A DNA stretch of 56,646 nt from a virus (Duplodnaviria; Caudoviricetes). Below, piece by piece: positions 27,398-35,600 of this stretch (position 1 is its first letter; each line of letters starts with the position of its first letter). The stretch lies in the IMG/VR virus record IMGVR_UViG_3300042934_000556, positions 1-56,646 of that record; one strand, given 5' to 3'. The notes under the pieces are model-generated. The model did no database searches. It was not told the origin of the DNA and worked only from the letters and a program-made list of their open reading frames with translations. Made by a program: the position numbers and the translations under genes.

Positions 27398-27700
27398 GTT
27401 CTCGTCGGGGACGGGGGTCATGATGAACATTGGTTCGTCGCGGCCGTTGTAGAAAGTGACGGAGTGACCGGTCTCGCGGACGTGCTTGGCAGCATCGTTG
27501 ACTTCTCGGATCTTCGCATCGGCGGCCTCCACGTCCTTGAGCGTCTCAGCGATGTCCTCTCGGACTTCGTCGATGCGCTTGATGACGTGGAGACAGAACG
27601 CTGCGGTGGCGAGGCAGCCAGCGACGATGGCAGCATCTACTGCGATCTGGTTCTCCTGGTACTTCTTCTTGGCCTTCTCGAACTTCTGCTTGATGTTCAT
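27395..27700 (-). CDS. Cassette gene: 101-aa membrane-anchored protein
   Basis: Basic N-terminus, hydrophobic helix, ends PDEN. Confidence 0.75.
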   Translation of the reverse strand: MNIKQKFEKAKKKYQENQIAVDAAIVAGCLATAAFCLHVIKRIDEVREDIAETLKDVEAADAKIREVNDAAKHVRETGHSVTFYNGRDEPMFIMTPVPDEN

Positions 27701-27721
27701 GAGCGGCTGTTCCTTTCGTTA

Positions 27722-27754
27722 AGGGTCTCACTATAGGGCGTGTAAAATATGCGA
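27722..27754 (-). promoter_or_regulatory. Cassette promoter repeat
   Basis: TCGCATATTTTACACGCCCTATAGTGAGACCCT. Confidence 0.8.
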
Positions 27755-27762
27755 CCCTCGAC

Positions 27763-27800
27763 GAAACCCAAACCCCATGTGGGGTCCGGGCTGAAACTCA
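27763..27800 (-). repeat. Cassette 3' hairpin repeat (copy i)
   Basis: gaaacccaaaccccatgtggggtccgggctgaaactca. Confidence 0.85.
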
Positions 27801-28016
27801 GTCCTTCTTGGTCTCAGATATGCTCTCGCACTGCGCGACGGTCTGGTCGATGGTCTCGAAGGCTCTGTCCCACCCAGCCGTGAACCCGTCGATGAACTGC
27901 ATACGGCCGAGGACTTCGAGGTCTTCAGCCTGATGACGGTTCTTCTTCCGGTTCAGGATATAGGGGGTGCAGATTCCTGCGATGACACCGAGCAGAGCAG
28001 CGATAGCGATGGTCAT
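27798..28016 (-). CDS. Cassette gene: 72-aa membrane-anchored protein
   Basis: MTIAIAALLGVIAGIC N-terminal anchor. Confidence 0.75.
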   Translation of the reverse strand: MTIAIAALLGVIAGICTPYILNRKKNRHQAEDLEVLGRMQFIDGFTAGWDRAFETIDQTVAQCESISETKKD

Positions 28017-28037
28017 AGCTAACAGCCTTTCTAGGTA

Positions 28038-28070
28038 AGGGTCTCATTATAGGCCTTGTAATATGTGCGA
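28038..28070 (-). promoter_or_regulatory. Cassette promoter repeat
   Basis: TCGCACATATTACAAGGCCTATAATGAGACCCT. Confidence 0.8.
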
Positions 28071-28106
28071 TACCGGCGTAAAGGGTCCCAGAGAGAGCTA
28101 TTAGGC

Positions 28107-28151
28107 AAAAAACAGACGGCGTGTAAACCTTGTTAGGGTCTACACGCCGTC
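28107..28151 (-). terminator. Intrinsic terminator
   Basis: GACGGCGTGTAGACC...GGTTTACACGCCGTC followed by TGTTTTTT. Confidence 0.8.
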
Positions 28152-28194
28152 CATCCGGTCGTCCTGGTTGGGACGCTTTCTCAGTTGATGAAGG

Positions 28195-28482
28195 TCACTT
28201 CTTGACGAGGCTGAATGCCTTCGTGGCGATCACGTGGGTGTGCTCGTAGCTGATGACGATGAGGATGCCAGCGAGAGACGACAGCGCAGCGACTACCTGG
28301 TCCTTGCTCACCTTCTGCTTGGAATCGACTTCCTGCAGCTTGTAGAGCTTGGCCAACTGGTCGCTTACGCGGTTGTACTCATCGCTGTCCTCCGGCGTGT
28401 TAGACAGCTTCTTGAACAGTCGCGCGATCTCCTTCTGGAGGTCGTTCGGCTCCGACGTCTTGAACTTCAGCATCTTGGGCAA
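28195..28482 (-). CDS. Cassette gene: membrane-associated hypothetical protein
   Basis: GGAAGGA RBS; SLAGILIVISYE..HVI.TKA. Confidence 0.75.
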   Translation of the reverse strand: MPKMLKFKTSEPNDLQKEIARLFKKLSNTPEDSDEYNRVSDQLAKLYKLQEVDSKQKVSKDQVVAALSSLAGILIVISYEHTHVIATKAFSLVKK

Positions 28483-28497
28483 AGCAGTTCCTTCCGT

Positions 28498-28531
28498 AGG
28501 GGTCTCACTATAGGGCGTGTAAAATATGCGA
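28498..28531 (-). promoter_or_regulatory. Cassette promoter repeat
   Basis: TCGCATATTTTACACGCCCTATAGTGAGACCCCT. Confidence 0.8.
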
Positions 28532-28628
28532 CCCCTGCGACCTAATGTTACGCCTCGTTGGTGGCCTTGCGGAACCAGAACCGGTTCTCGATCTCTTCTA
28601 CACCCATTACCACGAACATTCCTCTTCC

Positions 28629-29024
28629 CTAGGGCTTGACGATCGGATTGGTACCCGTGTCGCTGTTGACCTTGAACGTAGCAACATCCATAGTTTCGAG
28701 GTCCTCGGGGTCGCCGTCGACGACCAATGAGAATACCTTGCGGGTCCCGTCGTCCGAGTCTTCGACCTTTATCTCTCCCACGTAGGGGGCGTTGCTCGCG
28801 TAATAGGACTTCTTGGAGATCTGGACGAGAACGCCCAGAAAGGTGTTCAGTGCGGTGATCGACGCTACGACCTTCTCGGGCTCCGGGAAGTTCCAGAGCT
28901 GCGCCAGCGCGAAATATAGCGTGGCGAGTCCCGGAAGCACGATCGTTGCTGACTTCTTCACGACGTTGTAGGCGCCGTCACCCAACATGGGGGTCTGTGG
29001 TTTGGCGTGCGACGACACGGACAT
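28629..29024 (-). CDS. Holin (Dp-1-like) with acidic C-terminal extension
   Basis: YNVVK...VLPGLATLYFALAQLW...VVASITALNTFLGVLVQIS two-TM pattern. Confidence 0.75.
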   Translation of the reverse strand: MSVSSHAKPQTPMLGDGAYNVVKKSATIVLPGLATLYFALAQLWNFPEPEKVVASITALNTFLGVLVQISKKSYYASNAPYVGEIKVEDSDDGTRKVFSLVVDGDPEDLETMDVATFKVNSDTGTNPIVKP

Positions 29025-29373
29025 CGTTGATCTCCCTTGGTTCCCTGCTTTGGAATATCGATTCGTACTCGTCTTGCGGACCGAACGGAAGCTTATCCAC
29101 TTCATTCATGACCCGTTCGGCTGCACCGTTTCCACCGAGAGCCCGGTAAGGCTCGTAGAAGTACTTCCGGAGTTCCTCGTACTCGTCCCGGGTAGCCCAC
29201 CCACGGCGAATATACGCGACACCGAACGTCATGATGTGTTCGTAGGCGATACCCATCAGAAGGCGTACCGTTGCGGCCTTTGTGCGATCCTTGTGCTGCA
29301 AGTAGGCCCAAAAACCGGACGATGCGCCTAGTGTCACGAGTGAAGTGATGGCCAATTGCAGCCATGTTTCCAT
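28978..29373 (-). CDS. Membrane protein in the lysis region (holin-like)
   Basis: N-terminal TM ending ASSGFWAYL; YEPYRALGGNG motif. Confidence 0.65.
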   Translation of the reverse strand: METWLQLAITSLVTLGASSGFWAYLQHKDRTKAATVRLLMGIAYEHIMTFGVAYIRRGWATRDEYEELRKYFYEPYRALGGNGAAERVMNEVDKLPFGPQDEYESIFQSREPREINDVRVVARQTTDPHVG

Positions 29374-29398
29374 ACTCGCCCTCCCCTAAATATGTGTG

Positions 29399-30385
29399 TT
29401 AGGTAGTCCTCTTCCAGACCCCTACGGACTTGGTCCACGGTTCAGCGAGTTTCCACACCCCGTCGACCTTCACGTACGGAACTGCAAGTTTCCACTCAAC
29501 ACCTACTTTCACATAGGCACCCGCGAGTGTTCTGATACTGGTGGCCGCCGACCACGCACTCCATCCGACCGAACTCTTTGCCCGGGTTCGAAAATAGTAC
29601 AGCGTGCCAGGAGTGAGCCCGGCGACTGTCTTTGGAGACGTTGCGGGTATGGTCGTTGTTGGCGACCCCGATACGCTGGTGGAATATCCGACTTCATATC
29701 CCGTGATCGGCGATCCGCCGTTACCGTTAGCGCTCCATGCGGCATCTACACTGGTCATCCGAACAGCAGCCAATAGAGGAGCTGTTGGCGGATCTGGAAC
29801 TTTGAGCGTCTTTGTAGTTGCTCGACCGGACCACGCACTCCACCCCTCGGAGTTATGAGTCCGGGCCCAGAAGTAATACGTCGTTCCCGGAGTCAATCCG
29901 GATATGGTCGTAGATCGGTCGGAAGAGACGATGTGTTGCGCAGAGGTAGAACTCGTCCCGTAACCGATTTGCCTCGAATCAATAGCGTCACCGCCATTGG
30001 AACCATCCGAGAATGTTGCATGAACCGATGTAGACGTGACGTTGGATATGACCGGGGTGGATGGCTTAGACGGGATCGTGTCACGTTTGATGGCCTGACT
30101 GAACGTCGTAGGCCCGCCGATACCCGTGGCACTGGACTTCTCGAGCAGACGGAACGTTACCGTCTGAGAGTCCGCGACCCTGACCTCGCCAACCTTGTAC
30201 CAGTCGGCACCGGTCGGATAATTGATGGTTTTGTAGGTGGTGTTTCCATTAGCGGTCCAGTTGAACGGCATCCCGTTCCACCAGTCGCTGGAATATCCCG
30301 CCTTGAACCAGAACTCAACATCCGACCCGGTGTCTCGGATCATCATCGTGCCGTTGACGCCTGTAGTCTTCTTGTAGTCGACCAT
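29399..30385 (-). CDS. Minor tail protein with two fibronectin type III domains
   Basis: GLTPGTTYYFWAR and GLTPGTLYYFRTR FN3 signatures. Confidence 0.8.
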   Translation of the reverse strand: MVDYKKTTGVNGTMMIRDTGSDVEFWFKAGYSSDWWNGMPFNWTANGNTTYKTINYPTGADWYKVGEVRVADSQTVTFRLLEKSSATGIGGPTTFSQAIKRDTIPSKPSTPVISNVTSTSVHATFSDGSNGGDAIDSRQIGYGTSSTSAQHIVSSDRSTTISGLTPGTTYYFWARTHNSEGWSAWSGRATTKTLKVPDPPTAPLLAAVRMTSVDAAWSANGNGGSPITGYEVGYSTSVSGSPTTTIPATSPKTVAGLTPGTLYYFRTRAKSSVGWSAWSAATSIRTLAGAYVKVGVEWKLAVPYVKVDGVWKLAEPWTKSVGVWKRTT

Positions 30386-30393
30386 GGGCGTCG

Positions 30394-30633
30394 CTAACTG
30401 ATGATCTTGAAGTAGATGTCTCCGTCGTTCCCGCCGGTCGGATCAGCGGTTCCTGAGGATATGCCTGCTGCGGTTCGGAAACCGGCCTTGCCGGTTGGGA
30501 TGAGAGATTTCACCGCAGCGATGAGATCTCGGGTCCTGTTGATCTCCCTTGCTCCCCAGCGAACCCGGCCTTCTTCTCCGGTATCCGGGACCAACGGGTA
30601 CCCTGCAGCTTGCGCTGCGTCTCCGACAGCCAT
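30394..30633 (-). CDS. Small minor tail protein
   Basis: C-terminal GTADPTGGNDGDIYFK; tail position. Confidence 0.65.
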   Translation of the reverse strand: MAVGDAAQAAGYPLVPDTGEEGRVRWGAREINRTRDLIAAVKSLIPTGKAGFRTAAGISSGTADPTGGNDGDIYFKIIS

Positions 30634-30654
30634 TCCTAACCTCCCTTACAAATA

Positions 30655-31830
30655 TCAGGGCTGTTCCGACCAAGTCGTCGCGTCTGCGTCGAGGTCGAAC
30701 CAGGTCTTGTTGTTCATCCAGGACAGCCAAGAACCGGTGTTGATGAAGGTGTTGAGAGTGAGAGTCGGATATGACCGCTCTCCCTCTCGGTCAGACACAA
30801 AGATTTGTTCTGTCACCCGCATGTTGTTGGTAACACCATCCGTGTTACGCATCTCGACTATATCGCCGAGGTTGTAGTGAGTGCCGTACTTGTACTGGCT
30901 GAATTGGCTGATCTCACCGTCGAGGCTCTGGATTGCCTGGTTCTTGGAGAGTTCCTCCTTGCCTCGCTGAATAAGAGCCGACACCACGTCCGGGTTTTCG
31001 GCTGTGATGTCTGTTGCGTTTACGACCAGAACTCGGCGCTCGAACCCTTCGATCTCAGGGTCGATACCCACTGGGTATACCTTCTGGAAACCAGCAGGAG
31101 AATATACATACGCTACGTTCTTGGCCTTTTCGATGGTGGTGAGCTCTTTGACGTTCTGCAAGTTGTCGAGCTCGGGCGTGAAGACGACCGGCGCCAGTAC
31201 CGTCTGGGCAGTGGTCCGGTCGCTTCCGCTGTAAATATCGAAGTAGAGCTGTGACGAGTCGTAGTACCGCAGCATTCGGAACCCGAGGTTCCAGACACTG
31301 CAAATATCCTTGATCGCCGTGTAGACCGTAGTCGGGTCCAGCTCCACCGTGATGGGGTCAATCGGCTCCACGATGGTGTCCTCGGGCATGAACGTCCCCT
31401 CGATGATGAAGGGAATGACATCGCCTAGGTCGAGGACACCTGTGACGCAAATATCGTGGAAGATCTTCCTAGCGACGTTCCCGGGAGTGTCCGTGATGGT
31501 CCACTTTGGAGACGTCGTCAGATCAGACAATGATTCCTTGGCGATCCGGTCGTCGAGGATCGCCTCGAGTGAACGACCCTTCGCCGTGAGCATCTTACGG
31601 CCCTCGGCGTCGACCGAGTCCTCTACCGTCTCCACCGTCATGATCCGATGCGACTCGTTCATGGCGAGCATGGTTCCGGTCTTGAGGAGCATCCGGCTCT
31701 TGTTCGTCGAGTAAATATCGATCTGGAAGTCACCGTAATCCTGATACCGCTCGGTCCAGATGAGCGATTCGAACTGATCAATGACTTCCTGACGACGGAG
31801 GAGAGGATCGAGGGTGTAAGCCTCCATCAC
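30655..31830 (-). CDS. Minor tail / baseplate hub protein (ReqiPepy6 Gp37-like)
   Basis: FESLIWTERY..GDF and YNLGDIV motifs; follows the distal tail gene. Confidence 0.75.
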   Translation of the reverse strand: MMEAYTLDPLLRRQEVIDQFESLIWTERYQDYGDFQIDIYSTNKSRMLLKTGTMLAMNESHRIMTVETVEDSVDAEGRKMLTAKGRSLEAILDDRIAKESLSDLTTSPKWTITDTPGNVARKIFHDICVTGVLDLGDVIPFIIEGTFMPEDTIVEPIDPITVELDPTTVYTAIKDICSVWNLGFRMLRYYDSSQLYFDIYSGSDRTTAQTVLAPVVFTPELDNLQNVKELTTIEKAKNVAYVYSPAGFQKVYPVGIDPEIEGFERRVLVVNATDITAENPDVVSALIQRGKEELSKNQAIQSLDGEISQFSQYKYGTHYNLGDIVEMRNTDGVTNNMRVTEQIFVSDREGERSYPTLTLNTFINTGSWLSWMNNKTWFDLDADATTWSEQP

Positions 31831-32648
31831 AGTCCTCCGTACTTGTTGACGTACTCGATGGACACCGGTATTGCGTCTCCAGTCGCGTAGACCCGGAGGC
31901 CGTTGTTACCGCGCTTCAGCTCCAACCACTTCGACTGTGGAGATATGCCGTAGAGAACGGAGCTAATAGTTCCACCCCGATTGAGGGTTGCCCCCTTGTT
32001 GCCTTCGACTGTACTGATGGTCAGAATATCGCCAGCAATCAAGGGGGCGTTGTCGAACGTCAGCGTCTGTATTTCGCCGCTGGGAATGCGGTGATACACC
32101 GTCAGCTCATCGACGGCCCGGTCTGTGGTCACCGTGATGACGACACCCGTCTCGACTGTTCCCGGATAGTCGAAATATGTTTCGGTGAGATCGGTGGTCA
32201 GCAGACCGGGGATAGACTGAGTAGTGAGCTCGTAGAAGTCAGGCTTGAAGCACATGATGGATACATCCATCGTTGGCTCCTGCGTGAAATGATCGGGATC
32301 GCAGGATTCCACGATACCCAAGATCTCGACTACGAGCCCACTCTCAAGGAACCACTGTAGAGCGATCTCGGACTCAGGCATGAAGAAGTCGTACAGCTTC
32401 TGCCTGAGAGTCCAGACCGTTTCTGTTGCCGGATCAGGGTCGAGTTCCAGCTTGAACTTGACGTTCCGGGCTTCTCGTCGGCTCGACTGATATTGCTCTC
32501 CGTCGACACCGGCGAAACTAGACGACACAAGAGTCGCCTTGACAGGCCCGAGCCCGTCAATATCGGCCACGATGAACCCCTGAGGGTCTTCGAGGACCAG
32601 TTTGAACAGGTCGCCCTGAACGTTTCGAACTTCGACCCTTTCGAGCAT
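31827..32648 (-). CDS. Distal tail protein (Dit)
   Basis: Directly after the tape measure gene; IDGLGP...W.L..G.N. Confidence 0.75.
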   Translation of the reverse strand: MLERVEVRNVQGDLFKLVLEDPQGFIVADIDGLGPVKATLVSSSFAGVDGEQYQSSRREARNVKFKLELDPDPATETVWTLRQKLYDFFMPESEIALQWFLESGLVVEILGIVESCDPDHFTQEPTMDVSIMCFKPDFYELTTQSIPGLLTTDLTETYFDYPGTVETGVVITVTTDRAVDELTVYHRIPSGEIQTLTFDNAPLIAGDILTISTVEGNKGATLNRGGTISSVLYGISPQSKWLELKRGNNGLRVYATGDAIPVSIEYVNKYGGL

Positions 32649-35600
32649 TACGTCAGAGCTCCCTTCGTGGTTGACAGTTGATTCTTTGTCTGACGGTAGA
32701 TCTCCGCCGAAGACAGAGCCTTGGGCGAAGTGTTGTTTTGGATGTAGGTGATGGAACCGAGAGGATTGGTCTCGATCTCATCGGCTGCGGCTTGATTACT
32801 TGCGTAACCCGAAGCGACATACCTCGCCTTGGCATAGGCCGAGTCGATGGGAATATAGGAAGATCCGAACATCCCACTGATCCCAGCGACATCCCTACGG
32901 ACACTGGACAGGTCCAGAACCGGAGTGATTACTGGTTGCATGTCGTTCTCGTTGGTGATCAAGTCGGAGAAACCCGTGAGCGACTTCCTAAGAGATTCGA
33001 CGGCAGCCGTTCCAGTGCGGGCGGCAGACCGTTCGACGGAACCGGACATTTCGTCCAGGCCCTTGATGAGTCCCTGCGCGGAATATCCTCCCATCTCCAT
33101 GAATACACGAGATGGAGACTTGATCTTCAGCTTGGTCTTGATGGCCCTGATCATTGCCGCAGCAATGACATCCATCTGCTTCTCGATGAACTTCTGCTGA
33201 GACTTCAGACCGTTCAGAATACCCTTGGCCGAGTCGACACCTGCCTGGTAGAGAGCATCCGAACCCGTCTTACCAATATGAGCGCCTGCTGCGTCAAGAT
33301 CCTTACCGAGCTTGTTGACCTCGTTAACGCCCTGAATACCCTTGTCGAGAAGTTCGGTTACGAACGGCAGAGCACTGGGGCCCTGCTCCAGCAGATCCTT
33401 GTAGAGCTCGTCGTTGAGACCGAACCCACGCAGCTTCTGAAGCGCATTCGAGAACAGCTTGGTATCCTCGATCTGCTTCTTAAGCTCCTCCACGTAGCTC
33501 GAATATGTCGTCTCTGCTGTAGGGCTTGCAACGTCCGAGTACTTGTCGGTGATTTGCTTGCGGTAGTCGTCCCGAGTCTTGATGGCGGCTTGATATGCCT
33601 CGTCCGCCTTCTTGATCTTCTCAGTGAGGATGTCGTACTTGTCGGCGAGTTTACCTATAGCGGTCTTCTCGTCGTTGAGCGATTTGGTCAGGGCAGTATA
33701 GGCTTCTGCGGCCTTCTTGCGTTCCGATGAAGAAGCCTTAGAACTCTTTGAGAGATCTTTAAGCATCTTCTTCAGATCGTCAAATGCCTTGTAAACCTGA
33801 CCCTTGTTTCCGTCAAGCCCCTTTCTGAAACCATCGTTTACGTAGTTACCAAGCTTCTCGAATTCCTTGGAAGGAGAGTTGATTCCAAGGAAATCCTTAG
33901 CCGAATTGTACGCCGAGCTGGCAACTTCACGAGCTGCCGATGCTACAGCTCCTACACCGCTGGCAAGCCCCTTAACCATACCTTCGATGATTGCGCCAGC
34001 CAGATTTCGACCAGCTTGATTCATAGCGTCGGTGTTTTCGCGGATGGTTTTGGCCATACCATTTATGAAACTAATGATCATTTTGACGCCAGCGTCAATG
34101 ACCTTCGGAAGATTCCGCCCGATACCCTCGATGAACTTCACGACCACTCGAGTAGCCTGATCGATCACGTCACCGAGGTTGTTCGCAATGCCTCGGAGGA
34201 TACCCGTCAACAACTTGAGTCCGGCATCGACCATCTTCGGGACGTACTGTGCAAGCTTCTGAAGAAGCATCGTGAGCATACGCAGAAGTGCGTCCACGAT
34301 CTTCGGAGTAAGCCTGACGATCGCAGAGATGAGTGACTCCATCACTGTGACAATGGCCTTGGTGATGGAAGGACCGGCTGTGGCTATAACCTCAGCAAAG
34401 GCGATAAGTCCCAAGCCGATTTGCTTCATGACCTCCGGAATAAGACCTATGAGACCGGCCACGATCCCGATGATCATTGCTGTTGCAGCGCCACCAGCCG
34501 CAGCCAATGCCGTAAGTGCAGCAGCGAACAGAAGCACTCCTGCTCCAGCAGCCAACATGCCGACGCCCAGTAGAGCGACGCCCACGCCCAGACCGATGAT
34601 GGCTGGAACCACCGGGGCCAGAATAAGACCCGCCAGACCGATGACCACAAGGGCACCGGCCAGCATGACAAGACCCTTACCTATCTCCTCCCAGGTCATC
34701 CCGCCGAAAGCAACGAGCACGGGATGAAGAACCCACAGCGCCGCTGAAACGACGAGTAGAGCAGCCGCTCCGGGAAGCGCCCCGGTCATGAGGAACAGGG
34801 CCCCGGCGATCAAACCGAGGGTACCTGCCAACATGACCATGGACTTGCCGATTTCTTCCCAAGAGAACTCTGACATTTTGACGAGAACGCCGGTAACCTG
34901 CTGAAGAGCAAGCACTGTGATCAACATCGCAGCCGCACCGAGAGGAGCAGTCGGCGGAATGACGTACAAAGCTGCCGCCATCAAGCCGAGAGCACCTAGC
35001 ATAACTGTCAGACTCTTCCCGATCTCACCCCAAGACATCTTGGCCATGTCTTCGAGGGCGTCGGCGACCTGACCTAGTGACAGTGCCACGAGAAGAATAC
35101 CCGCGCCAGCAAGTGGTGCAGTAGGAGGGATGAGTTTGAGAGCTCCCGAGATGACGACGAGACCACCGGCCAAGGCCGCTAGACCCTTTCCGATTTCGCC
35201 CCAGGACATCTTAGAGAAGTCCTCTACGGCACTGGCGAGGATCTTGATCCCTGCCGCCAGCAATACGATTCCGGCCGCCTGAGCCAGTCCGCCCTTATTG
35301 GCCTTGGCGAACATGGTGAAGAGAGTTAGCGCTCCGAGAAGAGCACCGACTCCCACGAGACCCTTGGCAAGTTCGTTCCAGCCAAGGCTCGACAGGTCTT
35401 CTACCGCACTGGCCAGGATCTTGATCGCCCCGGCGAGAACGATCATAGCAAGACCTGTGGTTATGAGACCCTTGGGGTTCTTCATGAGTTGAGAAACCCC
35501 GACAAGGGCCCCGAGAAGACCAATTGTGCCGGTCAACCCCTTGGCCAACTCGTTCCAGTCCAGAGCAGCGAGGTCTTCGACGGCCTGGGCAAGAATAAGG

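Noticed and set aside
28501-28515. Resemblance to the T7 promoter end (CTCACTATAGGG) and a BsaI site (GGTCTC) in the repeats, suggesting a synthetic construct
   Set aside because: The upstream TAATACGA is missing, the match points opposite to the genes, and the copies are naturally degenerate
24587-28531. CRISPR array interpretation of the repeats
   Set aside because: Two alternating degenerate repeats separated by whole ORFs of about 150-300 bp, and no cas operon
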